From Candidatus Fervidifonticultor quintus (GTDB taxonomy: Bacteria; Sysuimicrobiota; Sysuimicrobiia; Sysuimicrobiales; Humicultoraceae), in assembly GCA_031459535.1 (NCBI GenBank), contig JAVKIJ010000034.1, positions 1-32,879 on the forward strand: a stretch of DNA of 32,879 nt. Direction: 5' to 3'. The translations under genes were made by a program, and so were the position numbers. A model generated the notes under the pieces. The model was given only the letters and a program-made list of their open reading frames with translations. It was not told the DNA's origin and searched no databases. The number at the start of each line of letters is the position of its first letter. Position 1 is the stretch's first letter. This document shows, one piece after another, positions 17,638 through 27,627 of the stretch.

Positions 17638-18615
17638 GTGGAGATTGCCGGGATCATGCACGGCGCACGCAAGGTGACCCGGATCCTCGCCCGCATCCGG
17701 GAAGGCGAGAAAGTGCTCGTCGTGGCCGACACGGACACAGCGGTGGTCGCCGAGGCACTGGCCGCCGCCGCGTTGGAGCTCACCAGCGAGGTGGTCACCA
17801 CCTTCATGACCCCGAGGCACGTGGACGGCGACGAGCCGCCCGCAGTGGTCGCTGCGGCCCTGATGGCAGCCGACGTGGCCCTGCTGCCGGTCAGCTATTC
17901 GATCAGCCACTCTACCGCGGTGCGCAACGCCCTCCAGAGCGGCACGCGGGTGCTCTCGCTCCCGGCCGTCACCCCCATCCAGCTCGTGCGAGGGGGTGCC
18001 GAGGCCGACTTCGAAGCAGCCGCGCCGACCGTTCGGCGCGTCGCGGAACGGCTGACTGCGGCGTCCAGTGCGCACCTCACCACGCCCGCAGGAACCGACT
18101 GCACATTCGACCTGCGAGGTCGCTCGGGCAACGCCCATGACTGTATCCTCGACCGTCCGGGGAAGTTCTCGGCGTTCCCCAATATCGAGGCCAACATTGC
18201 CCCTGTGGATGGCACCGCCGAGGGCGTGCTGGTCTTCGACGGCAGCATTCCCAATCTGCGCCTGGGCGGGACGCTGCGCAGTCCGGTGACCTGCACGGTC
18301 AAGAGGGGTGCCATCGTCCAGATTGAGGGCGGATGGGAAGCCGCCATGATTCGCAAGGTGTGGGCGGCATTAGGCGACGCGGCCGTCTACAACGTCGCAC
18401 AGTTGGCCATCGGCCTCAATCCTGCGATCCCCATCCTCACCGGTGTGTGGGCCCAGGACCACGGCGCCTTCGGCACGGTACACATCGGCATCGGTACCAG
18501 CGCCAATCTCGGAGGCACCACCAAGGCAGCGGCCCACTTCGATGGGATGATGTCCCGTCCCACTCTGATGCTGGACGGCCAGGTCCTGTTGGAGGACGGG
18601 GAACTGCGAGCCTGA
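17638..18615 (+). CDS. M29/aminopeptidase T-like metalloprotein (crocagin/NicX-related fold), atypical ligand set
   Basis: GEKVLVVAD, EPPAVVAAALMAAD, SISHS, TPAGTD, EANIAP, GTVHIGIG, HFDG; GGAGG RBS just after the tctA stop. Confidence 0.75.
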   Translation: MEIAGIMHGARKVTRILARIREGEKVLVVADTDTAVVAEALAAAALELTSEVVTTFMTPRHVDGDEPPAVVAAALMAADVALLPVSYSISHSTAVRNALQSGTRVLSLPAVTPIQLVRGGAEADFEAAAPTVRRVAERLTAASSAHLTTPAGTDCTFDLRGRSGNAHDCILDRPGKFSAFPNIEANIAPVDGTAEGVLVFDGSIPNLRLGGTLRSPVTCTVKRGAIVQIEGGWEAAMIRKVWAALGDAAVYNVAQLAIGLNPAIPILTGVWAQDHGAFGTVHIGIGTSANLGGTTKAAAHFDGMMSRPTLMLDGQVLLEDGELRA

Positions 18616-18679
18616 CCGCGGCGCGCCTGGCGCACGCCGCCACTATGAACCCTACGTCGCCCATGAGGAGGGAACCGTC

Positions 18680-19165
18680 GTGCCGACCGTCCAGCACATT
18701 GCCGCACTCATCCAGGCGTATGCCGATGGGCCACGGCTGATCGAAGAGGCGATCAGGGGGATGTCCGCAGACGAGCTCCACTTCAAGCCCGGGCCCGAGC
18801 ACTGGAGCATCCACGAGAACGTCATCCATGTGGTCGACACCGACCTCATCGCTGCGGGGCGCATGCGGTTCATCATCGCGCAGCCGGGCACCATGCTGGT
18901 CGGGATGGATGTCGGAAGGTGGGCGCAGACCATGGCGTATCCCGCCCAGCCGCTGGCCGAGGCGGTGGAGCTGCTACGAGCGGTGCGGGCGTCGACCGCC
19001 GCCCTGCTCCGGCGCGTTCCGCCAGCGACGTGGGAGCAGACCGGGACGCACACCGAGGCCGGTCCCCAGACCCTGGAGTGGCTGGTCGAGCATTTCGTCG
19101 AACACATCCACTACCATCTGCGCACCATCGCCAAACGGCGCGAACAGTTTGCCCGGGCCGGGTGA
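18680..19165 (+). CDS. DinB/YfiT-family four-helix metalloprotein
   Basis: WSIHENVIHVVDTD and HIHYH (HxxxH) motifs; GAGGAGG RBS. Confidence 0.85.
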   Translation: MPTVQHIAALIQAYADGPRLIEEAIRGMSADELHFKPGPEHWSIHENVIHVVDTDLIAAGRMRFIIAQPGTMLVGMDVGRWAQTMAYPAQPLAEAVELLRAVRASTAALLRRVPPATWEQTGTHTEAGPQTLEWLVEHFVEHIHYHLRTIAKRREQFARAG

Positions 19166-19200
19166 ACCGGCCAGGGCGCCGCCCGAGGATCTGACCCGCC

Positions 19201-21105
19201 ATGCCGCTGCTGTCGGTGGCCGACCTCACGAAGTCCCACGCCGGCCAGGAGATCCTCAACGGCGTCACGTTCGCCCTCGAGGCGGACGAACGCGCAGCCC
19301 TGGTCGGCCGCAATGGGGCCGGGAAGACCACGCTGCTACGGCTGATCGCCGGGCTCGACCGCCCCGACCGCGGCCGCATCACCCTGGCCCGTTGGGCCTG
19401 CCTGGCGTATCTGCCGCAAACTCCGCAGGGACCATCCGATGTACCGGTCCTGGCGTACGTGCTCGCCGGTGCCAGCGAGGTCAGCGCGCTCGAGGCCCGG
19501 CTCCGCGATCTGGAACGGCGCATGGCCCTCCCCGAAGTCCACGACCATCCCGAGATCCTGCAGGTCGCGATGGACGAGTACGCCCGTCTGCGCCAGCATT
19601 TCGAAGCGGCCGGGGGGTTTGCGCTGGACGTGCGGGCCAAGACGGTGCTGACGGGCCTGGGATTCCGCGCCACGGACTACGACAGGCCACTGGGCGCCCT
19701 CAGCGGCGGCTGGCGCGCCCGTGCGGAACTGGCGCGGGCGCTCCTTGGGGAACCTGATCTGCTCCTGCTGGACGAGCCGACGAACCACCTCGACCCGACG
19801 ACGACCGAGTGGCTCGAAGAGTACCTCAAGGCCTTTGCCGGCGCGTGCATCATCGTCAGTCACGACCGCTACCTGCTGGACGCCGTCACCTCGCGCACGC
19901 TGGAGCTGGAGGCCGGGCGACTGGAATCGTATCCGGGAGCGTACTCGGCCTTTGTTCGGCTCAAGGCCGAGCGTGCGCGAAGGCAGCAGGAGGCCTGGGA
20001 GCGTCAACAGGAGGAAATCGCGAAGCTCGAGGACTACATCCGTCGCTACCGCGCCGGGCAGCGGGCCGCGCAGGCCAAGAGCCGCGAGAAGCGACTGGCG
20101 CGCATCGAAGCCAGAACCGAAGACGCGCCGCGCGCGCAGCGGGTGCTCCGGCTGACGCCGCCCAGAACGCCGCTAGCATCGGGACGGATGGTTGCGCGGC
20201 TGCAGAACGTCTCCAAGGCGTTCGACGGGTTCGAGGTACTCAGCGACGTGAGCTTGGAGATTCACCGCGGCGAGCGCGTCGGCCTGCTCGGACCCAACGG
20301 CGCGGGCAAGTCCACGTTGCTGCGTCTGGTTGCAGGCCTGGAATCTCCCACATCGGGCATCGTCACCCTAGGCAGCGGCGTACGCCCCCGGTACTTCGCA
20401 CAGGAGTCCACCGAGGCGCTCGACGTGGAGAACACGGTACTCGACGAGGTCCTGGGGGATCGGCCGATGACCCCCAAGCAGGTCCGCACCTACCTTGGCC
20501 GGTTCCTGTTCACCGGCGACGACGCGTTCAAGCGCATCGGCATGCTCTCAGGCGGCGAGCGCCAGCGGTTGCTGCTGGCCACATGGCTGCTTGATGCCCC
20601 CAATCTGCTGTTGCTCGATGAACCGACGAACCATCTTGACATCGCCTCGCGCGAGGCGCTGGAGGCCGCGCTCCTCGAGTTCCCCGGCACCATGATGGTG
20701 GCGACGCACGATCGCTACTTACTCGAGCGGCTGGCCACCCGCATCCTCATCGTGGAAGACCGCGGCGTGACCGACTTCACGGGCACCTACCATGAACTAC
20801 GCCAGCACCAGCGCCGGCAAGCACCCCAGGCGGGCGGACGTCGCGAGGCGGGCCAGCCCCAGGCCCCCAGGAAAAGCTCCCGCACCGCACCCCCGCTCCG
20901 GCCGACCTTCGACCAGGTGGCGGCTCAACTGGAGGCCGCCGAGCAGGACCTCAAGGACGCGGCCTCCTGGCTGGGCGATCCGGAACTCTACCGCGACCCG
21001 GAACGCGCCAAAGCCATGCGCGCACGCTACGAGGCCGCGGAACGGCGCATTGCCGAACTCTACGAGGAGCTGGGTCGTCTGGAGGGCGAGCGGTCCCAGG
21101 GATAG
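19201..21105 (+). CDS. ABC-F family ATPase (ribosome-associated, Uup/YdiF-like)
   Basis: Two NBDs (GRNGAGKT/LSGGW/LLLLDEPTNH and GPNGAGKS/LSGGE/LLLLDEPTNH), a linker, a C-terminal coiled coil and no TM helices. Confidence 0.93.
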   Translation: MPLLSVADLTKSHAGQEILNGVTFALEADERAALVGRNGAGKTTLLRLIAGLDRPDRGRITLARWACLAYLPQTPQGPSDVPVLAYVLAGASEVSALEARLRDLERRMALPEVHDHPEILQVAMDEYARLRQHFEAAGGFALDVRAKTVLTGLGFRATDYDRPLGALSGGWRARAELARALLGEPDLLLLDEPTNHLDPTTTEWLEEYLKAFAGACIIVSHDRYLLDAVTSRTLELEAGRLESYPGAYSAFVRLKAERARRQQEAWERQQEEIAKLEDYIRRYRAGQRAAQAKSREKRLARIEARTEDAPRAQRVLRLTPPRTPLASGRMVARLQNVSKAFDGFEVLSDVSLEIHRGERVGLLGPNGAGKSTLLRLVAGLESPTSGIVTLGSGVRPRYFAQESTEALDVENTVLDEVLGDRPMTPKQVRTYLGRFLFTGDDAFKRIGMLSGGERQRLLLATWLLDAPNLLLLDEPTNHLDIASREALEAALLEFPGTMMVATHDRYLLERLATRILIVEDRGVTDFTGTYHELRQHQRRQAPQAGGRREAGQPQAPRKSSRTAPPLRPTFDQVAAQLEAAEQDLKDAASWLGDPELYRDPERAKAMRARYEAAERRIAELYEELGRLEGERSQG

Positions 21106-21115
21106 GGGCCGGCTG

Positions 21116-22300
21116 CTAGCGTCCCGTCGCGCCCAGCCTCTGGAAGGCCAGCCCCGTCTGTGTCAGCCGCGGCGGGTCGGCCATCATGTTCTGCACCGCG
21201 GCTCGATTTGCCAGCCTGAACAGCTCAGCGGGGGGCAAGCGACGGGTGGCCTCGTTGTACTCCACGTACCCGTAGAAGTGTCGCGACCAGAAGAACGAGA
21301 TGAAGTCCACCGTGAGGTAGTGCGAGAGCCGCCCCATGGTGGTAATGAATTGTGCGTCGAGCGGCTCCCAGAAGCCGAAGGTGTCTCGTGCGAAGAGGCC
21401 GGCGGCCGCGGCCACGGGTGCGCCGCCAAGGTCGCGGTCACGGGCCTTGTAGAGCCATGCCTCCCCGATGACCAGCCGCTTGCCGGCCCGGTGGGCTACC
21501 TCGGCCATCTGGATCGCGCGGTCAAGCAGGAAGTCGTGGTTGATCGGGTAGATGTGGAGATCGAGGTAGTCCAGACCCGGCACGCGAGCCAGGGCCTGCA
21601 GGTACGCCACATCCTCCCAGGTGCCCGTCCCGGCGCCCAGTTGTACCCCCTGCTTGTCGAGCCCGCTGATCACATCCTGGAGGAGATCCACCATGGCCTC
21701 GGGGGTGAAGCGCAGCCCGGTGTTCGCTTGCTGCGTGCCCGGCTCGTTCTCGATGGTGATCAGGTTGGGCCTGACCTCGCGGATGACCGCCTCGACGTGC
21801 TGGCGCTTCTCGCGCCTGTAGCGATCCCAGGTCAGGCCGGCGTAGTGCCCCTCGGGCCGTACCTGGCTGAAGACGGGGTCACGAAACGCAGCGGTGGTCT
21901 GTGCGAGGAGCTTGAGGTTCCGCCGTCGGACCTCGCCCCCAACCCACTTGAAGAACTCCAGGTAGTCGGCCGAGTGCGGGAACGCCGGCACCAGGAGGGG
22001 ATACTTGATGGCCACCTTCACTCCCCGCGCGCCGGCGTGCTGGAGGCGGTCGAGATATGCCGCCACCGCCTGGCGCTGCTCGGGCCGCAGCAAGGTCTCG
22101 CCCTGATTCCCGTTGGCCGCCAGCAGCTCGGCACTGAACGTGACGTCGTGACGCTCACCCTTCCAGCGTGATCCCAGGTAGTCCTCTGCCGCCCGCAGTC
22201 GCGCATCGAGCATGGCGTAGAGGTCGGCGTATTCAGCCGGGACACCCGCAGGGGCCAGCATGACCATCGCCCCTACGGCAGCCAGAAGCCTGTGCCGCAT
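21116..22300 (-). CDS. Secreted hypothetical protein, probable clan GH-A TIM-barrel glycoside hydrolase
   Basis: N-terminal signal peptide, ITIENEP (acid/base-like), DYLDLHIYP, LVIGEAW (nucleophile-like), FFW near the C-terminus. Confidence 0.6.
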   Translation of the reverse strand: MRHRLLAAVGAMVMLAPAGVPAEYADLYAMLDARLRAAEDYLGSRWKGERHDVTFSAELLAANGNQGETLLRPEQRQAVAAYLDRLQHAGARGVKVAIKYPLLVPAFPHSADYLEFFKWVGGEVRRRNLKLLAQTTAAFRDPVFSQVRPEGHYAGLTWDRYRREKRQHVEAVIREVRPNLITIENEPGTQQANTGLRFTPEAMVDLLQDVISGLDKQGVQLGAGTGTWEDVAYLQALARVPGLDYLDLHIYPINHDFLLDRAIQMAEVAHRAGKRLVIGEAWLYKARDRDLGGAPVAAAAGLFARDTFGFWEPLDAQFITTMGRLSHYLTVDFISFFWSRHFYGYVEYNEATRRLPPAELFRLANRAAVQNMMADPPRLTQTGLAFQRLGATGR

Positions 22301-22402
22301 GTGGCCCCCCGGGAATACCCGCCCTCCAGAGCGGAAATCACCCTACCGAGATCTCACACCGGATAATCCCGCCGCTTTGACGACCAAGACGTCCTTGGAG
22401 GT

Positions 22403-23692
22403 TCAGTGGGAACGTCGGAGACCCCTTGCCTCCAGACGTTGCGGAAATCGGTCAAGCCGCCACGGCGCCAGCGGCACTGAGGGAGTCCGGCCCTCTGCCA
22501 AGTCGGCGACGAGCTTCCCTGTGATCGGCGCCTGCGTGATGCCCAGCATGGCATGCCCCGTGGCTACGATCAGCCCGTCGGCGCCGACCCGGTCGATGAT
22601 CGGCAGGCCGTCCGGCGCCACCGGCCGGAACCCGCACCATGGCTCTTCGTGCTGCATCGGCGGCGGTTGCCGCAACACCTCCCGTGCCGCGCGCACCACC
22701 GCCTGGTAGCGCACGGAGTCAATGGTGGGGTCGAATCCCGCCAGCTCCAGCGTCCCACCGAACCGCACGCGGCCGTCCAGTGGGGTGATGATGACCCGCC
22801 GCTCCTGGATCAGGATCGGCACAGTGGGCATCTCTTCAAAGGCGTCAATCGTGCAACTGTACCCCTTGGCAGGCTGCAAGGGAATCTGCACCCCCAGCGG
22901 CGCCGCGATAGCCGGCGTCCATGAGCCGGCGGCGATCACTACCACGTCCGCAGCGATCGCCTCGCGGCCCGAGCGCGACTCGACGTCTACCGCTTCGACT
23001 CGTCGCCGCCCCACGCGAATCCTTCGCACGGTCGCGTGCTCCAGCAGCCTTGCCCCCCGCCGCCGGCATGCCGCGGCCATGGCGCGCACAAACCCCAGAC
23101 TCTCGGTGTGCGCCTCACCCGCGATGAACAGGCCGCCGCGCACACCGTCGCCCAGGACCGGCTGGAATTCGCGCACCTCCCGCGCATCGAAGAGGGTCGT
23201 CCGGAACCCGGCCGCCTCAAGGGCTTCCCGCTCGCCCCGCGCGCCGGCGGTCCCCTCGTCGGTGACGTAGACATGCAGCAGGCCTGCCCTCCGAAAGAAG
23301 AACTCCAGGTCCGGCGTGCGCGCCAGGTCCTCATACAGCGCGAGACTGGCCCGGCTCAGTGCCAGCAGCGCGTCGAACCCCCGGTGCGACGCCTCCGGCG
23401 TGCAATACCGCCTGAACTGCCAGGCCCACCGGAGCAGATCTCGATCCAGCCGGGGTCTGATGTAGAAGGGGCTGTCCCGGCGCACCATCCACCGCAAGGC
23501 GCGGCCGACGACGCCGGGCCCAGGCAACGGATGCGAGTGGCTCGGCACGATGAGACAGGCGTTGCCGTAGGAGCAGCCGTGGCCGATCTCCCCGCGATCA
23601 ACCAGGGTGACGTCCCAGCCGGCCAGGCTCAGGAAGTACGCGGAACACACCCCGATCGCGCCCCCGCCGATCACTACCGCCTGTCCAGGCAT
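22403..23692 (-). CDS. dadA: FAD-dependent D-amino acid dehydrogenase-like oxidoreductase
   Basis: VIGGGAIG, CSYGNA, AAGSWT, PAKGYS, FGGTLE, WCGFRP..PDGLPII, ATGHAMLG. Start is ATG 23692 or GTG 23695. Confidence 0.85.
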   Translation of the reverse strand: MPGQAVVIGGGAIGVCSAYFLSLAGWDVTLVDRGEIGHGCSYGNACLIVPSHSHPLPGPGVVGRALRWMVRRDSPFYIRPRLDRDLLRWAWQFRRYCTPEASHRGFDALLALSRASLALYEDLARTPDLEFFFRRAGLLHVYVTDEGTAGARGEREALEAAGFRTTLFDAREVREFQPVLGDGVRGGLFIAGEAHTESLGFVRAMAAACRRRGARLLEHATVRRIRVGRRRVEAVDVESRSGREAIAADVVVIAAGSWTPAIAAPLGVQIPLQPAKGYSCTIDAFEEMPTVPILIQERRVIITPLDGRVRFGGTLELAGFDPTIDSVRYQAVVRAAREVLRQPPPMQHEEPWCGFRPVAPDGLPIIDRVGADGLIVATGHAMLGITQAPITGKLVADLAEGRTPSVPLAPWRLDRFPQRLEARGLRRSH

Positions 23693-23723
23693 CACTCCTC
23701 CTGACGACCGTCCCGACGGCGTC

Positions 23724-24701
23724 CTAGTGGAGCGGATAGAAGGTGTATCGGAACAGGACCGACACCACCAGCATGACCAGCGCTACCGCACCCATCACAG
23801 CCGTCACCTCGGTCGGGCGCCTCTCCCACCCGATGGTTCGAGCCAGCTCGCGGTAGATCTCGCGCAGGCGCCCAGCGGCCGACGCATGAAAATACCGCCC
23901 GCCGGTCTCGACCGCAATCGCCCGCAGCGTAGGCTCATCTAGCACACCGTAGTATCCGCTGCGAAACGCCGCCGGATCGTTGGTTGTGCCCACGCCCACA
24001 GTGTAGACCCGCACGCCTCTCGCCCTCGCCTCCACCGCTGCCTGGAGGGGCGGGACGCCGTCACTGGCGCGGCCGTCGGAGAGCAGGACAGCCACGGCCC
24101 GCGGCCGGCCGGACCCTGCCTGACCCGGGACAGGCGATGACGAGCCCGCGGCAGGTGGCCCGTTGCCTTCGTCCAGCACTGCCCGCACCCCCTCGAGCAG
24201 CCCTGTCCCGAGCTGCGTCCGGAGTTGCGTCGCCAACCCGAGGATGCCCTGCCGGATCCTGGCTCGATCGTCGGTGAGCGGGACGACCACGGTGGCATAG
24301 TTGCCGAAACTCACGACCGCCACTCTCGTCGTGCGCGGCAGCCCGTCGATGAAGTCCAACGCTGCGGCCTTTGTGGCCAGGATCCGGCTGGGTGGAATGT
24401 CGTTCTCTTCCATGCTACGACTGACGTCAATAATGAGGACGACCGGATAGCCCGTTGGGTTCGGCCAGGGCACCATGGGGCGCGCAGTCCCCACGATGAT
24501 GGTGGCCAGCGAGAGCCAGAAGAGCCCGGCAGGCAGGTGACGGCGCAGACGGCACGCCCAGACCGCCGCGTCGGCCACCAGCCAGAGCGGGAAAATGGCC
24601 ACTCCGCCAGTCGGGCGACGGCGGGTCAGAGCCGCATACCAAAGGATGAGGGCGCCGAGTGCCGGCAACAGCCAGAGGATCGCAGGATACGTCCAGGCCA
24701 T
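23724..24701 (-). CDS. Membrane-anchored vWA domain protein (BatA-like)
   Basis: N-terminal TM helices, MIDAS DVSRS, LLSDG, VYTVGVG, DEPTLRAIAVETGGRYF, C-terminal TM helix. Confidence 0.88.
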   Translation of the reverse strand: MAWTYPAILWLLPALGALILWYAALTRRRPTGGVAIFPLWLVADAAVWACRLRRHLPAGLFWLSLATIIVGTARPMVPWPNPTGYPVVLIIDVSRSMEENDIPPSRILATKAAALDFIDGLPRTTRVAVVSFGNYATVVVPLTDDRARIRQGILGLATQLRTQLGTGLLEGVRAVLDEGNGPPAAGSSSPVPGQAGSGRPRAVAVLLSDGRASDGVPPLQAAVEARARGVRVYTVGVGTTNDPAAFRSGYYGVLDEPTLRAIAVETGGRYFHASAAGRLREIYRELARTIGWERRPTEVTAVMGAVALVMLVVSVLFRYTFYPLH

Positions 24702-24937
24702 GACGCCTCGTCTGGACCGATCCCAACGGCCAGGTCACGCGGGGACCGGTTAGCCACCAGTATAGCGACTCCGAAGCGTTGGCGGGATGGAGCAGCTATT
24801 CGAACAGCGGTCTCAGGTTGAGGGCGAAGCCTTCCGAGATAGGATCAAAGGACACGGCCTCTGCAGCGTTCGATGACCTCTGGTGCCTTAGCCCTACCGA
24901 GAGGCGGCCCGCCCGCCGATGCTATGCCTGGCGAAAC

Positions 24938-25744
24938 CTACACGCTCTGCGCCGCCCGGCGGCTGGGTGGGAGATGCGGCCGGCCCGCGTGCGCGCCGCC
25001 GGTCACCTCGATAATGGCACCGGTCATGTAACCAGCGCGCCGGTGGCTCGCGGCGAACAGCACCGCCGGCGCGATGTCGTCGCCGGTGCCGGTGCGTCCC
25101 ATGGGAATTCCCCGCAGGATGGCCTGCGGGTACTCGTCGGCCGGCGGGCGGTCCTTCGAGACGACCTCATCGAGGACGAGGCCCGGCGAGACGGCGTTGA
25201 CCCGGATGCCATACGGGCCGAGCTCGATGGCCAGCGTGTGCGTGAGCAGGTTCAGCGCGGCCTTCGAGCCGCAGTAGTGCGCGCCACCGGTGCGGGCGGA
25301 GAAGCCCGCTGGCGACGTGATGTTGACCATGGCGCCTGCGGCTCCGCGCGCGATCATCTGCCGGGCCACCTCGCGGCACAGGAGCATGGGCCCGCGCACG
25401 TTCACGGCGAACACGCGGTCCCACTCGGCCACATCCATCTCGATAACCGGGCAGTTGGGGAAGATGCCGGCACAGTTCACCAGGACGTCGACGGGCCCCA
25501 GCGCCTGGGTGGTCTGCTGGACGATTGCCCGCACCTGATGCTCGTCGGACACATCACCAACCACGGCGACCGCCGTGAACCCGGCGCCGACCATGTCATC
25601 GGCCACGGCCCGGGCGCGGGCGGGATCGAGATCACAACAGGCCACTCTGGCCCCCTCGCGCGCGAACTGCCAGCAGACCGCGCGGCCGATGCGTCCGCCG
25701 GCACCGGTCACGAGCACGACCTGATCCGCGAATTCGGTCGCCAT
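24938..25744 (-). CDS. Short-chain dehydrogenase/reductase
   Basis: TGAGGRIG, LVNCAG, YCGSK (YxxxK), IRVNAVSPG. Confidence 0.93.
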   Translation of the reverse strand: MATEFADQVVLVTGAGGRIGRAVCWQFAREGARVACCDLDPARARAVADDMVGAGFTAVAVVGDVSDEHQVRAIVQQTTQALGPVDVLVNCAGIFPNCPVIEMDVAEWDRVFAVNVRGPMLLCREVARQMIARGAAGAMVNITSPAGFSARTGGAHYCGSKAALNLLTHTLAIELGPYGIRVNAVSPGLVLDEVVSKDRPPADEYPQAILRGIPMGRTGTGDDIAPAVLFAASHRRAGYMTGAIIEVTGGAHAGRPHLPPSRRAAQSV

Positions 25745-25750
25745 GGCTGC

Positions 25751-26707
25751 CTACACCACCCCGATGCCGGCCAGGGGATCGCCGGGGTTGATCGCCAGCG
25801 ACGTGACCACGAAGAGCACGACGCCGTCGGCGGGTACACGGTAGTCGGCCAGCACCTCGCCCCAGTAGTCCCTGATGACGCCAACCGCCTGCCCCGCCTT
25901 CACCTGTTCACCGGGCCTGACGGCCGGGTACCAGCACCCGGCCTGCTCGGCCCGCAGCCAGTCGAACCGGCTCAGGCGCACGGGCGATGAGACGGGCTGC
26001 GGGCTCCCCGGCAGCACCCTGAGCATCCGCAGCACGCTGTGCACCCCACGGAGGTGAATCGCCACGCTCTCTTCGTCGAGCTGCCCGAGGCCTCCGGCTT
26101 CGACCAGGATCGCGGGCACGCCCCGCGCCGCGGCCGCGCCATAGGTTCCACCGGCGATGGCCTCTGAAACGATGATGTGCCGGATGCCGAACGCATCGGC
26201 CATGGCCCGGGCCCGCGACGCCACATCGGGTGGGCCGCCGGCCGAGTGGATGGTGAATGGCCACAGGGCTTCGTGGATGTCGCCGCCGTGGAGATCGATC
26301 CACGCGTCGGCGCGGGCCACGAACGTTTCCATGATGGTGTATGCCAGGCGCTCGGACACGGTACCGGTCGCCCGCCCGGGATACACCCGGTTGGGGTTCT
26401 TTCCGTCCTCGGGCGTGAGATACTGCATCCGGGCGTGGAACGCCGAGATCCCGCAGATGTGGACGATGGCCACGCGACCCCGCACCTGCCCGGGATCGAG
26501 CTCCCGGGCCAGGCGGATGGCCGCCTCGATGCCGGGATACTCGCCACCGTGCACGCCTGCTGTCACCAAGACCGTCGGCCCCGGTGCCAGACCGCAGACG
26601 AGCGTCAGCGGCAGGCGCAGATCGGTGCCCGCCACCTCCAGCACGCCGCGCGCTTTCTGCCCAGGGACCGCAGCCGCGGTGCCTGCCGAGAACATCTCCT
26701 CGCTCAT
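25751..26707 (-). CDS. Succinylglutamate desuccinylase/aspartoacylase (M14-like) hydrolase
   Basis: GVHGGEY (HxxE), NPNRVYPG, IDLHGGD, LVEAG and a C-terminal biotinyl-like domain. ATG 26707 has a GGAGG RBS; the track's 616-aa ORF is over-extended. Confidence 0.9.
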   Translation of the reverse strand: MSEEMFSAGTAAAVPGQKARGVLEVAGTDLRLPLTLVCGLAPGPTVLVTAGVHGGEYPGIEAAIRLARELDPGQVRGRVAIVHICGISAFHARMQYLTPEDGKNPNRVYPGRATGTVSERLAYTIMETFVARADAWIDLHGGDIHEALWPFTIHSAGGPPDVASRARAMADAFGIRHIIVSEAIAGGTYGAAAARGVPAILVEAGGLGQLDEESVAIHLRGVHSVLRMLRVLPGSPQPVSSPVRLSRFDWLRAEQAGCWYPAVRPGEQVKAGQAVGVIRDYWGEVLADYRVPADGVVLFVVTSLAINPGDPLAGIGVV

Positions 26708-26769
26708 CGTGGCATCCTCCCAGCGCTGACCCTCACACCTTCCCGGCCACCCCCCACCCGGGGAGACAC

Positions 26770-27627
26770 TCACATCTTCAACCTCGGGTCGAGCGCGTCC
26801 CGCAGCCCGTCGCCCAGCATATTGATGGCCAGCACGGTCACCATGATGGCCACTCCTGGAAACGTCGTGATCCACCACGCCCGCCGCAGGTAGTTGCGGC
26901 CATCGCTCAGCATGATCCCCCACTCCGGCGTCGGCGGCTGCACCCCCAGGCCGAGAAACGACAGCGCCGCGCCGGTCAGAATCGCGCCGGCCATGCCCAA
27001 TGTGGACAGCACGATGAGCGGCGCCAGCACGTTGGGGAGGATGTGCCGCCAGATGATGAGGCCGTCGCTGCAGCCCACGGCCCGCGCCGCCTCCACGTAG
27101 GTGTTCTCCTTCGTGGATAGGACAGACCCGCGGACGAGGCGCGCGTACGCCGGCGTGGCGGAAATGCCCACGGCGATCATCAGGTTGAAAATGCTCGGTC
27201 CCAGGATGGCGATGATCGCCAGGGCCAGGAGGACGTTGGGAAATGCCAGCAGCAGGTCGATGAACCGCATGATGCCCAGGTCCAGCCAGCGCCCGTAGTA
27301 CCCGGCGATCAGGCCAAGCGTAGTGCCCAGCGCGGCCGCAATGCCCACAGAGACCAGGCCGACGCGCAGCGAGATCCGTGCGCCGTGCACCAAGCGCGAG
27401 AGAATGTCGCGGCCCAGGGTGTCGGTTCCCAACAGGAATGGCCGCCCCGGCGGCCGCAGCGCGGCTTCGGGGTTGATCTTGACCGGATCGTGCGGGGCCA
27501 GCCGGCCCGCGAAGACGGCCACGATGACCAGCGCGAGTACCAGGTACAGCCCGGCGACGGCACCGCGGTTGCGCCGCAGCCGGCGGGCGGCCGATCGCCA
27601 CGGGCTCTCCGGGTGCCGGTCAATCAT
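26770..27627 (-). CDS. Peptide/nickel ABC transporter permease (DppC-like)
   Basis: LGTDTLGRD, YVEAARAVG, LSFLGLGVQPPTPEWG, DGLRDALDP. Confidence 0.93.
   Translation of the reverse strand: MIDRHPESPWRSAARRLRRNRGAVAGLYLVLALVIVAVFAGRLAPHDPVKINPEAALRPPGRPFLLGTDTLGRDILSRLVHGARISLRVGLVSVGIAAALGTTLGLIAGYYGRWLDLGIMRFIDLLLAFPNVLLALAIIAILGPSIFNLMIAVGISATPAYARLVRGSVLSTKENTYVEAARAVGCSDGLIIWRHILPNVLAPLIVLSTLGMAGAILTGAALSFLGLGVQPPTPEWGIMLSDGRNYLRRAWWITTFPGVAIMVTVLAINMLGDGLRDALDPRLKM

Noticed and set aside
19201-21105. ABC-F protein as the missing importer ATPase or as an antibiotic-resistance gene
   Set aside because: The architecture is that of a translation-associated ABC-F without the oligopeptide NBD C-terminal domain. 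Nothing in the sequence supports an ARE subfamily call.
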